Of a stretch of 64,000 nt of DNA, positions 20,732 to 31,150 are shown piece after piece. Each line of letters opens with the position of its first letter. Position 1 is the stretch's first letter. The translations under genes and the position numbers were made by a program. The notes under the pieces were generated by a model. It was given only the letters and a program-made list of their open reading frames with translations, was not told where the DNA came from and did not search any database. Origin of the DNA: Microcystaceae cyanobacterium (GTDB taxonomy: Bacteria > Cyanobacteriota > Cyanobacteriia > Cyanobacteriales > Microcystaceae); the NCBI GenBank assembly GCA_041746575.1, contig JBGTGT010000055.1:9550-73549 (forward strand), in the 5' to 3' direction.

Positions 20732-22849
20732 TTAATGATTAATTATCTGTTTAAATAATTGCTCGTCTCGAATACTATCAAAATCACTGTTGGTTTTTGC
20801 CATCTCTCGACAGGTCTCATCAAGATTAATCGCACGGTGTAAGTTTTCAACCGCAAGAGAAACATTATTTTGCAAGGCATAATAGCAAGCAATATTATAA
20901 TAAACAATTGCATCATTAGGATTGATTTCTAAGGCTTTTTGATAAGAATTTAATGCTTCTTGATATTGTTTTGAACTCATTAACGCAACCCCTTTGTTAT
21001 ACCATGCTTGATGGTCATCCGGTTTAATTTCAAGGGCTTTGTTGTAGGATTGAATCGCTTCATCTAATTGGACTAAATTCCCTAAGGCAACCCCTTTGTT
21101 ATACCATGCTTCATGATAATCCGGTTTAATTTCAAGGGCTATGTTGTAGGATTGAATCGCTTCATGTAATTGGCCTAAATTCCCTAAGGCAACCCCTTTG
21201 TTATACCATGCTTCATGATAATCCGGTTTAATTTTAAGGGCTTTGTTGTAGGATTGAATCGCTTCATCTAATTGGACTAAATTCCCTAAGGCAATCCCTT
21301 TGTTATACCATGCTTCATGATAATCCGGTTTAATTTTAAGGGCTTTGTTGTAGGATTGAATCGCTTCTGCGTATTTTTCAAGATAATAGTATGTTGTTGC
21401 TAAATAAAACCAAATCTCTGCATCCTCTTTAACGGCAGTCACTAAATGTTGATAACCGATTAAGGCTCGTGGATAAAGATTAACCTGATAAAGAAATAAA
21501 CTAAAGTTTTTTAAAGCCTCTGTCATCAATTGTGGTTCAGCCTTAAACAACTTTAAGATTAACTTCTCTAACTGTTTAGAATAATCGGTAATCTCAACTC
21601 GCTTGCCTCTCTCTTTAATTTGTCCATCACGGGGGGTTAAAATTCGTTCAATAGCGATTAATTTATTCAAACTCTCTTTCAATCTAAACTGACACCATAA
21701 TCTTTGCAAACGATTTCCTTCTACCATCAACAAAGCCGTTTTCTTGACTAAAAATTCATTCAACGGCACATAACACTGCTGTAATAAATCCACTGCATCA
21801 TAAATCGCTTCTGCTAACTTATCCCGTTGAATCGCTGTCTGATAATGTTGATGCCATGTTCCTTGTAAAGTTGGTTTAAAGGTCTGTTTCGTTAAAGCTA
21901 AATTCTGATTATCTAAACTGACTAAATTTTCGACTACATTGCGAAATGTTCCATCATTGGACACCGCCAAATCAATATAGTTTGCTTCCTGTTTAATCTT
22001 TGTTTTTGGGATTACCTCTTGAAATAATTCCACAATTGCGCTATCTTCAGGATCAGGCATATTATAGACATGAAACTTACGCCAAAGATTTTGATATTTA
22101 TCCCATTGCAATTTATCCAAAGGACTATCTTGACCTGCTCGATAGACTTCTTTTTCATTACGAGTAATCGCTAATACCCGAATTTCTTGGGGATCAGCCA
22201 CATCATTTTCATAGGCTGTTAAAGTATCTAATAATCGCTCTTGTAAAGGAATATTCATCGGCATTGCTAAATTATCTTTTCCTTGTGGATGCTTTTCAAT
22301 TGCCTCACTGCGACGCATAAATTGATGTAAATCATCCAACAAAAACAGTAACTTTCGATCTGTGCCAATCGCTTGTAATTGTTCTGCGTTCGGACGATCT
22401 AACCATTCCCCTAATGCTAATTTTAATATTGTCCATCCTTCATGATTTAACTGTTGTGCGACTTCTGCCGCTTCTCTGGTTTTACCAATTCCTGTCCTCC
22501 CCATAATTAAAACCCAGCGATGTTCATGAAGATGTTGACACAATTCTTGGGTGATATTTCGCCCCTGAATGCGTCGCTGATAAGGAATATTTCTATCCGC
22601 TAAAACAGGGTTTTTATAGTCACTCACAGGAGGATAAACCAACGAAAAAACATCCCTATTCGGTTTAACCAACTCAAACGGTAAACGAGATGAAGGATCA
22701 AATGGTGGTGGATGCAAACGTTTAACCCAAAATATAAAAGCTGTTACCGCAACTACCCCTCCCCCTGAAAAAAGATTATCAATGGTGACTTGATGGGTAG
22801 TATAGAATTGGGTTAATTTTGCGATCGCATTTAATATAACGTCCCACAT
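20732..22849 (-). CDS. N-terminal TM + P-loop NTPase + TPR repeat protein
   Basis: Walker A GRTGIGKT, Walker B LFLLDD, about six TPRs, YNIACYYAL cap. Confidence 0.8.
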   Translation of the reverse strand: MWDVILNAIAKLTQFYTTHQVTIDNLFSGGGVVAVTAFIFWVKRLHPPPFDPSSRLPFELVKPNRDVFSLVYPPVSDYKNPVLADRNIPYQRRIQGRNITQELCQHLHEHRWVLIMGRTGIGKTREAAEVAQQLNHEGWTILKLALGEWLDRPNAEQLQAIGTDRKLLFLLDDLHQFMRRSEAIEKHPQGKDNLAMPMNIPLQERLLDTLTAYENDVADPQEIRVLAITRNEKEVYRAGQDSPLDKLQWDKYQNLWRKFHVYNMPDPEDSAIVELFQEVIPKTKIKQEANYIDLAVSNDGTFRNVVENLVSLDNQNLALTKQTFKPTLQGTWHQHYQTAIQRDKLAEAIYDAVDLLQQCYVPLNEFLVKKTALLMVEGNRLQRLWCQFRLKESLNKLIAIERILTPRDGQIKERGKRVEITDYSKQLEKLILKLFKAEPQLMTEALKNFSLFLYQVNLYPRALIGYQHLVTAVKEDAEIWFYLATTYYYLEKYAEAIQSYNKALKIKPDYHEAWYNKGIALGNLVQLDEAIQSYNKALKIKPDYHEAWYNKGVALGNLGQLHEAIQSYNIALEIKPDYHEAWYNKGVALGNLVQLDEAIQSYNKALEIKPDDHQAWYNKGVALMSSKQYQEALNSYQKALEINPNDAIVYYNIACYYALQNNVSLAVENLHRAINLDETCREMAKTNSDFDSIRDEQLFKQIINH
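20985..21367 (-). repeat. Near-identical 102-bp tandem repeats encoding TPR units
   Basis: CCCTTTGTTATACCATGCTT recurs every 102 bp, four times. Confidence 0.85.
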
Positions 22850-23023
22850 AATTCCGTCATATCAATTTTTCATATTATATATTTCAATTTATTCATTGTA
22901 GCGGCGCAAGCAAGGTTTGCGCCCACTCTCGTAGATGAAAGTTGCACCTTAGAGGATGAAAGTTGTATCCTATTGTAATTGGGATATCCCGTCAAAAATC
23001 GCTTTAAAATCTAAAATAGCCTT

Positions 23024-23977
23024 ATGTTAGGACTTTGGTTAGAAAATCAACAACTCAATCTCCGTCAAGATTTAGATATCCCTCAACCTGCCCCAGATGA
23101 AGCCTTAGTTAAAGTGCTACAGGCCGGCATTTGTAACACGGATTTGGAGTTAATTCGGGGGTATTATCCCTATACAGGAATCTTAGGCCATGAATTTGTC
23201 GGTATCGTGACAGAAGGTCCGGATTATCTTAAGCAGAAACGAGTCGTGGGAGAAATTAACGCTGCCTGCGGCTATTGTTATTATTGCCAGAAAAAACAAC
23301 CAACTCACTGCGAAAATCGAACCGTTTTGGGAATTGTCAACCGTAATGGCGCATTCTCTGAATATTTAACTCTACCTATTCGCAATTTACACCCGCTTCC
23401 TGCTCAAGTGTCCACCGATGCGGCAACCTTTACCGAACCCATTGCCGCCGCCTTAGAAATTCAACAGCAGGTGAAGATTGCCCCCAATCATCGGGTTTTA
23501 GTGGTTGGAGATGGCAAGTTAGGGCAATTAGTGGCGCAAACTTTGGCTTTGACTGGATGTGATTTGTTTGTTGTCGGCCGTTATTCCGAAAAATTGGCTT
23601 TACTGGCGGATTTTGGCATTCAAACGGGATTTCAAGAGATGATTACAGCTAGAAGCTTTGATATTGCAGTAGAATGTACAGGAAATCCCGAAGGATTTGA
23701 ATTAGCGAGGGTTTCTCTGCGTCCTAGTGGGGTTTTAGTCCTCAAAAGTACTTATGCCGGCAAATTGACCCTTGATGCTTCTGCGATCGTTGTAGATGAA
23801 TTGACGGTTATCGGTTCTCGTTGCGGCCCCTTTGAAAAAGCGATCGCTCTTTTAGAAGAAGATAAAATTAAAGTAGAATGCCTCATTCAAGGTCGTTATT
23901 CTTTAAAAGATGGATTAAATGCCTTTAAACACGCACAAAAACGAGGAAAACTGAAGATTTTGCTAGAAATGGACTAA
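23024..23977 (+). CDS. Zn-dependent alcohol dehydrogenase (MDR family)
   Basis: GICNTD, GHEFVG, CGYCYYC...C, GDGKLG. Confidence 0.9.
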   Translation: MLGLWLENQQLNLRQDLDIPQPAPDEALVKVLQAGICNTDLELIRGYYPYTGILGHEFVGIVTEGPDYLKQKRVVGEINAACGYCYYCQKKQPTHCENRTVLGIVNRNGAFSEYLTLPIRNLHPLPAQVSTDAATFTEPIAAALEIQQQVKIAPNHRVLVVGDGKLGQLVAQTLALTGCDLFVVGRYSEKLALLADFGIQTGFQEMITARSFDIAVECTGNPEGFELARVSLRPSGVLVLKSTYAGKLTLDASAIVVDELTVIGSRCGPFEKAIALLEEDKIKVECLIQGRYSLKDGLNAFKHAQKRGKLKILLEMD

Positions 23978-23992
23978 AAATAGGCAAAAGAA

Positions 23993-25414
23993 TCAAGAAA
24001 ATAACCGCTTTAAAAAACGGTAAATTAATTGAAATAAGGTAGCCACCGCAATCGCCGCTACTCCTCCCAATCCGGCATAGATCAAGATGGAATCAAAGCC
24101 TAAAGATCCTTGTAAAAAGGAGAAAAAATAAATAATTCCCGTTGAAATAGCGGCAAAAACTAATAAATCTACTCTTTCAATCCATTTTGCCCATTGCATC
24201 AACACAAGAACGGCAATGATGCCTAATCCAATATACAAAGCATTGGGAATTAGAGTGGTTATTGCCCCCTGAGAAAAGAAACTGTGTAGAGCAATCATGA
24301 TGATTGTCCCTTCAAATCCTGTAAAACCCGCACAAAATAGCACTTCAAAGGCAGAAAAACGAGGAGGTCGGGCAATTTTAGCAGGTTTGGGAGGTTTAGA
24401 AACTTGAGGCGGAGGCGGCGTTGGCGAGGTAGGTTGAATGGCGGTTTTCGGTTGGGAAGATAAAGAAGGATTGAGGGCAGTCAGAACCTCTTCAGCAGAC
24501 TGAAAGCGATCTTGGGGGGCATTCGCCAATAGTTTGTCTAAAATTTGACCTAAATTATCGCTAAGATTGGGGATATAGGGTCGCCAATTCCATTGATTGC
24601 GGTGATCATCGAATAATTCCTCAGAGGATTTTCCGCTTAATAAATATAAACAGGTGGTTGCTAAGGCGTACAAATCGGTAGAAGGATAAACTTGGCTACC
24701 GCGCATTTGTTCGGGGGGAGCAAATCCCATAGAATAGACGCTAGTCGAACGAGTAGAAGGGCTTGCAACCGAGGTAACTTGCTTAACTGCCCCAAAATCC
24801 AATAAATAAAGCTTATTATTCTTATCCCTCATAATATTTGAAGGTTTAATGTCTCGATGAATAATATTCAAGTTGTGAATATAGTTCAAAATTGGTAAAA
24901 TTTGGTTTAAGACAGTTCTAACTTCTGCTTCTGAGAATTTACCCCGTTTTTCGAGTTCTTCTTCTAGATTTTGACCATCAATAAACTCTTGAACGATATA
25001 GAAATATTGTTCTTCGCTTGTTTGTTGCAAATTGGGGACAACTAAAGGAAAAAAGGCAAACAAATCGGGAATCTGTGAGTGTTCGTTGCCGATTTCTTCT
25101 AAAACACTCGCTTCTCTTTCAAATAAGCCTTGTGCAACTTCGAGGGATTTAGGATCAAGATTGCCAGAGGGTTGAAATTGTTTGACGACACATTGACGAA
25201 GTTTGGTGGTATGGCGATCGCAAGCCAAAAAAGCTGCCCCAAATCCGCCTTTTCCGAGGAGTTTTAAGGTCAAATAGCGTCCCCCTAAAATTAACGGCAT
25301 TCCACAGCTTTTACAGTATCGCTGTTGAACGGTTTTCAGGGTAGTTGCATGATCGAGATCATCAAAACGATTTTCAGGACGAGGACAACTTGGACGCGTA
25401 CAAAGGATTTCCAT
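23993..25414 (-). CDS. Ser/Thr protein kinase with 4-Cys prefix and C-terminal TMs
   Basis: CTRPSC..CKSCG, GKGGFG, HRDIKPSN, DFG. Confidence 0.9.
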   Translation of the reverse strand: MEILCTRPSCPRPENRFDDLDHATTLKTVQQRYCKSCGMPLILGGRYLTLKLLGKGGFGAAFLACDRHTTKLRQCVVKQFQPSGNLDPKSLEVAQGLFEREASVLEEIGNEHSQIPDLFAFFPLVVPNLQQTSEEQYFYIVQEFIDGQNLEEELEKRGKFSEAEVRTVLNQILPILNYIHNLNIIHRDIKPSNIMRDKNNKLYLLDFGAVKQVTSVASPSTRSTSVYSMGFAPPEQMRGSQVYPSTDLYALATTCLYLLSGKSSEELFDDHRNQWNWRPYIPNLSDNLGQILDKLLANAPQDRFQSAEEVLTALNPSLSSQPKTAIQPTSPTPPPPQVSKPPKPAKIARPPRFSAFEVLFCAGFTGFEGTIIMIALHSFFSQGAITTLIPNALYIGLGIIAVLVLMQWAKWIERVDLLVFAAISTGIIYFFSFLQGSLGFDSILIYAGLGGVAAIAVATLFQLIYRFLKRLFS

Positions 25415-25592
25415 CAGTTAATCTCAATCGGAATTAAGAACGGATTTCTGAATCTCTAATTATAAATTAAGGTAGAAGTTAGATCTTCAGTTTACCGTAA
25501 AAATTACAAAAAAAGCTAAATTATTAAACTTCTTGAAGAATTCCATGATTCTGGTCAAGAAAGGCAAAAGGTCTATTATAAATTTCGGAAAT

Positions 25593-25891
25593 AGCATCGA
25601 TTATTGTGTCCCAAAATGTCGAGAAATGGTACGACAATGGTTTTCATGTTCTCAAAGGGATCAGTTTAACCGTTAATATAGGGGAAATAGTGATGTGAAT
25701 GGGGGGCCATCGAGTTCCGGAAAATCCACCTTATATTCGCACCTTTAATGCCCTTGAACCCTATCGAAAAGGGTGTTGATGGTACATTGATTGGTCATAA
25801 AGGCATTGAATTTGTGCGGCGAGAAGTAGGAATAGTTTTTCAGCAGTTTAACCTTTTTCCTCATTTGACCATTCTACAAAATGTGACCTAG
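25593..25891 (+). pseudogene. Polar amino acid ABC transporter ATPase, 5' remnant
   Basis: Frameshifted pieces NVEKWYDNGFHVLKGI, SSGKST, IRTFNALE, VRREVGIVFQQFNLFPHLTILQNVT. Confidence 0.8.
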
Positions 25892-26061
25892 GATTTGCTA
25901 TTAGCATCTCTCTTAATTGTTGAGGGAAAACTTAACTTTTGACTCTAAGTTAAGTCAGATAGATCCTTAAGTTTTCTGTATCGACAGGTCTATTCTTTCA
26001 TTTTATAAAAGTAGTAGTAACACCTACCTACCGATATATTAAACAGAGAAGGAGAAGCATC

Positions 26062-28944
26062 ATGGCTACTTTTACCGTCACGACAACCAGCGATGTTGTT
26101 AATGCTAATGATGGCGTTTTGAGCTTACGGGAAGCGATTACGGCGGCTGAGGCACTACCGGGGCGCGATCGCATTATTGTGAACAGTTTGGTCAATGTTG
26201 ATCGTCCATTCTCTATCAATATCGGTAATAATCTTGATTTTCAGGGGAATAACCAATTTTCAGGGGTTAATGGCAACAACCAAACTCAACTTTTCAGTAT
26301 TGAGAACGCCGAAGTGACCTTTGAAAACTTTTTGCTAACCAATGGTGTTGCCAGAGGCGGTAATGGACTGCGAGGCGGTGGCGGTGGTGGTGGCTTCGGA
26401 GGTGCGCTATTCATCAACGGCGGGACAGTGACCCTGACTAACGTCCAATTGATCAATAATCAAGCTATTGGTGGCAATGGTTCTAATGGTCGCGGAGACG
26501 GAGGACGGGGTGGGATTGATTCGAGTTCTGGTCAAAATGGCTTTAATGGTGGCAACGGTGGTGTATTGAGTCTCCCCTCATTCCATGCCATTGCTGCGGG
26601 TGGCAGTGGTGGTGAAGGAGGCACAAGAGGACTCTTGACGCGCGCACAATCCGGTGAAAGAGGCAACATAATCGGTAGAGCAGAGGGGGTAATTTTTTTT
26701 GGTAGCTTTTTTGGAACCGGCGGCGGCAGTGGCGGAGGAGGCGGTGGTGGCTTTGGTGGTTCTGCTGGTCTTAGAGGTGGCGATCAGGGTGCTGACGGTG
26801 GTAATGGTGGTAATGGTGGATTTGGTGGGGGTGGCGGCGGTGGCGGCGGTGGCGGTGGCGGCGGTGCTAACGTTCTTACAGGTGGTGCCGGTTCTCGTGG
26901 AGATGGTGGTCAAGGCGGTGCTGGTGGTGCCTTTGGCGGTAGAGGAGAAGACGGTCAGGATGGTCAAGATGGTCGAAGCACTTTCTTTGGTGACAGTCCT
27001 GGTAATGGTGGACTCGGTGGTGATGGCGGTGGTGGTGCCGGCTTAGGAGGGGCAGTCTTCGTTAACGGAGGCACACTGATCCTCAATGAGAATGTCCGTT
27101 TCGATCAGAATTCAGCTACGGGAGGCACGGGGTTTGAGAATGGTCAAGGCAAAGGGGGTGCGATTTTTGCTCGACAGGATACCAATGCCCAAATTGTGGT
27201 TTTAGGACAAGACTTCGCGGAGGCTAGCGTCCAATTTACTAACAATACGGCTGCTGATGGGGATAATATCATCAGTTTTACCGACAATCCTAACGTTTTC
27301 TTAACTGACAATGCTAATACCTTCGGTAATATTGAGTTTCGTCCTCGTCCCACCCCGGAGATCTCAGTTGATGTCGGTTTTAACAGCATTGCCACTTTTG
27401 TGGATGACAATGGAGATGGATTTCCTGAATCATACCTCGGTGCGGGTGACGGAACGATTCAAGTGATTCGCAATGGCAGTCCGGTTGTTATTCGGGATGT
27501 GGGTACGGATAGCGCACCGACATTTGCTGATATTGACAATGATGGTGACCCAGATTTATTTGTGGGTGATACTTTTGGGCGGATTCACTATTTTCGTAAC
27601 CGAGGCAGCGTAACTTCGGCAAGTTTTGCCCCTCCGATTATTAATCCCTTTGGGATTACCAGTAATGGGGGTTTAGCGAAACCCGATTTAGTCGATATCG
27701 ATGGCGATGGCGATCAAGATTTATTTGTGGGGACAGCAACAGGAACAATCTTGTTTTACCGTAATGTAGGGACTCGCACCAGTCCTAATTTTGTGCGAGG
27801 TGGCAATAATCCTTTTGGCATATCTGCTGTTATCGGCTCTGCTGCGCCTAATTTCGTCGATGTGGGCAATGATGGGGATTTTGATGTCTTTATCGGAGCT
27901 TCCGATGGCAGAACTCGTTATTTTGAAAATATCGGAACTCCTACCAATCCCCGCTTTTTTGAACGTTCCCTTTCTGAACTGATTACACCTCTACCTGATG
28001 TTGGAACTAATGCGACACCTGTCGTCATAGATGCTAATGGAGATGGCATTCTTGATGCTTTTATTGGCGAACAAGATGGTACGTTCAATTTTGTGAATCG
28101 GGTTGTCATAGGGGGTCAATATCCTGTTCCAGTCAATTTAGGCGATGGCACGATAGTTCTCGGCGGTTTTCGCGGGGTAGGTACTGAGGAAACCCCTCAA
28201 TCTAATCCTGTTCTGATCGATGAATTGCACTTCTTTGGAGAAGGATTGACGGCTGAAAATCTCTTGTTAACTCAAGAGGGGGATGATCTTAAAATTAGCT
28301 TTGAAGGCATTAACGACACAGAAGTCATCCTCAGAAGCTTCGACCTCGAAAATTTGGATAATTTAGCAAATGGGATAGGCAATATCCTCTTTGACGGAGA
28401 TGCGGAAATTCAAGATAGTTTTGATGTCTTCGATGCTGATTCCCAACGAAATCGGGTATTTAACCGCAACACAGTGACCTTTCTCAATGACTTAGATAAC
28501 CATGTGCGAGGATTTCATCACTCTGACGATATTATCAATGGTCAAGGCGGAAATGACCTGATTCGAGGACTCAGTGGCGATGACTTACTGCGAGGTGGAG
28601 AGGGGAATGATACTCTCAAAGGGGGTCGAGGGGACGATCTCCTCGTCGGCGGAACGGGTAGCGATGTTTTGCATGGTGGTCGTGGCAACGATACCTTCCG
28701 TTTTGGTGGCGATATCTTCCAAGATGGGCTGTCCGATATAGATATTATTCGAGACTTCCAAGCGGGTGATGCCTTCGATTTTAGTGAATACCTGCAAGTA
28801 GGCGGACAGATTAGTTTTACTCGCCTTCAACAAGATTTACTGATCAGCCTAAGTAATGAGGATTCAATTGTTGTTGGGGGTAATCTCGATGCGGCACGCC
28901 AACAGCTTTTAGCACTTATTCCACCCATTACCACAGCGATTTAA
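26062..28944 (+). CDS. Secreted Gly-rich protein with SLREA-type N-terminus, FG-GAP/VCBS repeats and RTX Ca-binding repeats
   Basis: DGVLSLREAI, poly-Gly, DIDNDGDPDLFVG repeats, GGxGxDxLx nonamers. Confidence 0.85.
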   Translation: MATFTVTTTSDVVNANDGVLSLREAITAAEALPGRDRIIVNSLVNVDRPFSINIGNNLDFQGNNQFSGVNGNNQTQLFSIENAEVTFENFLLTNGVARGGNGLRGGGGGGGFGGALFINGGTVTLTNVQLINNQAIGGNGSNGRGDGGRGGIDSSSGQNGFNGGNGGVLSLPSFHAIAAGGSGGEGGTRGLLTRAQSGERGNIIGRAEGVIFFGSFFGTGGGSGGGGGGGFGGSAGLRGGDQGADGGNGGNGGFGGGGGGGGGGGGGGANVLTGGAGSRGDGGQGGAGGAFGGRGEDGQDGQDGRSTFFGDSPGNGGLGGDGGGGAGLGGAVFVNGGTLILNENVRFDQNSATGGTGFENGQGKGGAIFARQDTNAQIVVLGQDFAEASVQFTNNTAADGDNIISFTDNPNVFLTDNANTFGNIEFRPRPTPEISVDVGFNSIATFVDDNGDGFPESYLGAGDGTIQVIRNGSPVVIRDVGTDSAPTFADIDNDGDPDLFVGDTFGRIHYFRNRGSVTSASFAPPIINPFGITSNGGLAKPDLVDIDGDGDQDLFVGTATGTILFYRNVGTRTSPNFVRGGNNPFGISAVIGSAAPNFVDVGNDGDFDVFIGASDGRTRYFENIGTPTNPRFFERSLSELITPLPDVGTNATPVVIDANGDGILDAFIGEQDGTFNFVNRVVIGGQYPVPVNLGDGTIVLGGFRGVGTEETPQSNPVLIDELHFFGEGLTAENLLLTQEGDDLKISFEGINDTEVILRSFDLENLDNLANGIGNILFDGDAEIQDSFDVFDADSQRNRVFNRNTVTFLNDLDNHVRGFHHSDDIINGQGGNDLIRGLSGDDLLRGGEGNDTLKGGRGDDLLVGGTGSDVLHGGRGNDTFRFGGDIFQDGLSDIDIIRDFQAGDAFDFSEYLQVGGQISFTRLQQDLLISLSNEDSIVVGGNLDAARQQLLALIPPITTAI

Positions 28945-29193
28945 TAAAATTTTCCGAGATAATTTCTCTGGATAACTGGTCATTTTTTTATTTTACTCAA
29001 TTGAGCATTCACTCACCTCGACTATCTCAGGTGACATTTCGATTAATGCTCTTGGCTGATTTCCAATCTAATAGATTCCCTTGCTGAGGGAAACACTCGG
29101 AGCAAAAGCTAATGTGATTTTTTGCATTACGCTCTCTTACATCAGACTGGGTTCTGAATTCTGGGGTTTTAGGTCAAAATCAAGATAAAGACC

Positions 29194-30165
29194 TTAAACT
29201 TTGAGTTCGGGGGCTAAGAGCCGCTCTAAATTGGCAATATCGGGATAGCTAGAAAATTGGGGCAAAATCTCTTTCAGGAATGCTTCTGCCGCCTTAGAAC
29301 GATAGCGGGTGGGGTTAATGATCACCGATAAAGTTCTTCTTACTTCGACCCCCTGAATGTGTTTCACTCGTAATGCTTGAATTTCTAATTCTTTCTCAAT
29401 CGCTGTTAAAGAAACAAAAGCGACTCCCAAACCTGCTTGTACGGCATTTTTAATGGCTTCTATTGAGTTTAATTCCATTTCTACTTTCAGACGCTTGGTG
29501 TCAATATCATACATTGTCAACACTTTATCAATGACCTTGCGAATGGTCGACTGGGAATCTAAATTAATAAAACTGAGGCGATACAAATCTTCCTTCTGAA
29601 TGGTTTCTGCTAAGGCTAACGGGTGGGAAGCTGAGATGATTAAGGCTAATTCGTCATCGGCATAAGGAAAGATCTTGAGGGTTTCCTGTAATTCTGCTGG
29701 GATCTCGCCACCGATAATCGCCAAATCGACTTGTCCATTGGCTACCCCCCAAGCGGTGCGTCGGGTAGAATGAACCTGTAACTGTACGGAGACATCTGGG
29801 TAAGTTGCCCGAAATAAACCAATCATGCGAGGCAAAAGATACGTGCCCGTCGTTTGAGATGCTCCGACAATTAAGGTGCCACCCTGTAAATTTTGTAAAT
29901 CTTCGATCGCCCGACAGGTTTCTTGACAAAGGGTCAGTATTTTTTCCCCATAGCTCAGAAGAAGATGTCCGGCTTCTGTTAATTGAGCTTTTCGCCCTCC
30001 TCTGTCAAATAGAGGAACATTTAGTTGTTTTTCTAAGTTCTGCACTTGAAGACTGACGGCCGGTTGGGAGACATACAACGTATCGGCAGCCCGCTTGAAA
30101 CTTCCTTCTGCCGCGATGGCTTTAAGAATTCGGAGTTGATCGAGAGAAAAAGGGATGTCTGACAT
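29194..30165 (-). CDS. rbcR: LysR-family regulator, Ycf30/RbcR type
   Basis: [36 protein letters not shown]. Confidence 0.85.
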   Translation of the reverse strand: MSDIPFSLDQLRILKAIAAEGSFKRAADTLYVSQPAVSLQVQNLEKQLNVPLFDRGGRKAQLTEAGHLLLSYGEKILTLCQETCRAIEDLQNLQGGTLIVGASQTTGTYLLPRMIGLFRATYPDVSVQLQVHSTRRTAWGVANGQVDLAIIGGEIPAELQETLKIFPYADDELALIISASHPLALAETIQKEDLYRLSFINLDSQSTIRKVIDKVLTMYDIDTKRLKVEMELNSIEAIKNAVQAGLGVAFVSLTAIEKELEIQALRVKHIQGVEVRRTLSVIINPTRYRSKAAEAFLKEILPQFSSYPDIANLERLLAPELKV

Positions 30166-30427
30166 GGGCGTTTTATAAACAACGTATAAACTAAAGACGG
30201 CAGATCAAAAAGGGGTTGTTGCTGAGGGTTGACTTCTGATGTTGACAGTAGCACAACTAGGGGATCAAATTTATCGGAAACGAAATAACTTAACACGATG
30301 AGTAAGTCGGTAAAATTCATTAAAAATAGGAGTTATTAAGAAATAAAGAAGAGTAACCCCTCGTAACCTATCCGTTTGATCCTTGACGGCCTACATCGAT
30401 GTTCAATTAATTTATCCCGACTAGCTT

Positions 30428-30985
30428 ATGCGTTATTCTACAATGATTATTTGTTCTGGATTTCATTCTTTAGGGTTAACCGAACAATTTTTGTTTCATC
30501 TGAAATCCCTTGATCCCCATTTATCTTATCTCATTTTTCCAACGAATTGCTATCCCGCTTATTCAGCTTGGCATCTCGAACAATTTATCCGAGAAAATAT
30601 TCCCAATTTGTCGAATCATTCTCTTTTATTTATAGGATTTAGTGCTGGAGTGGTTGCCGCTTTCTCAACGGCAATTAAATTGCAATTTGAAGGGATAAAA
30701 ATTCAAGGACTCATCGCTTTTGATGGATGGGGTGTGCCTTTATTGGCGAATTTTCCTCTTTTTCGTCTTAGCCACGATGCCTTTACTCATTATACTTCTG
30801 AATTTTTAGGCACAGGAAAAATGAATTTTTACGCTGATCCTGCCGTTGACCATCTGACCTTTTGGCAATCGCCTCATTGTGTTCGAGGATGGCAAATTGA
30901 ACCGATTGGTGTGGGTTCTTTTAGAAAAATACCGATCACTCTCATGGATTTTTTGAAAAATTTATTAAATTATTATAAATTTTAA
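30428..30985 (+). CDS. Alpha/beta-hydrolase-like hypothetical protein
   Basis: GFSAG nucleophile-elbow-like motif, DGWGVPL, SHD. Confidence 0.65.
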   Translation: MRYSTMIICSGFHSLGLTEQFLFHLKSLDPHLSYLIFPTNCYPAYSAWHLEQFIRENIPNLSNHSLLFIGFSAGVVAAFSTAIKLQFEGIKIQGLIAFDGWGVPLLANFPLFRLSHDAFTHYTSEFLGTGKMNFYADPAVDHLTFWQSPHCVRGWQIEPIGVGSFRKIPITLMDFLKNLLNYYKF

Positions 30986-31150
30986 ATCAGGCATTATTTA
31001 ATGATAAGATATAGTCTAATCTCGCCGAAATATTAAAATCTAAAATTAAACGCCCAAACTGAAACTCACTTTGTATAATACTAGATACTATTGTGATAGT
31101 GTAATCATCATTTTTATCCCCATTTCCTGACTCTCTATCTCCCTTGTTCT

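Noticed and set aside
20985..21367. Regular repeats as a CRISPR array
   Set aside because: 102-bp in-frame TPR units without unique spacers; no cas genes seen.
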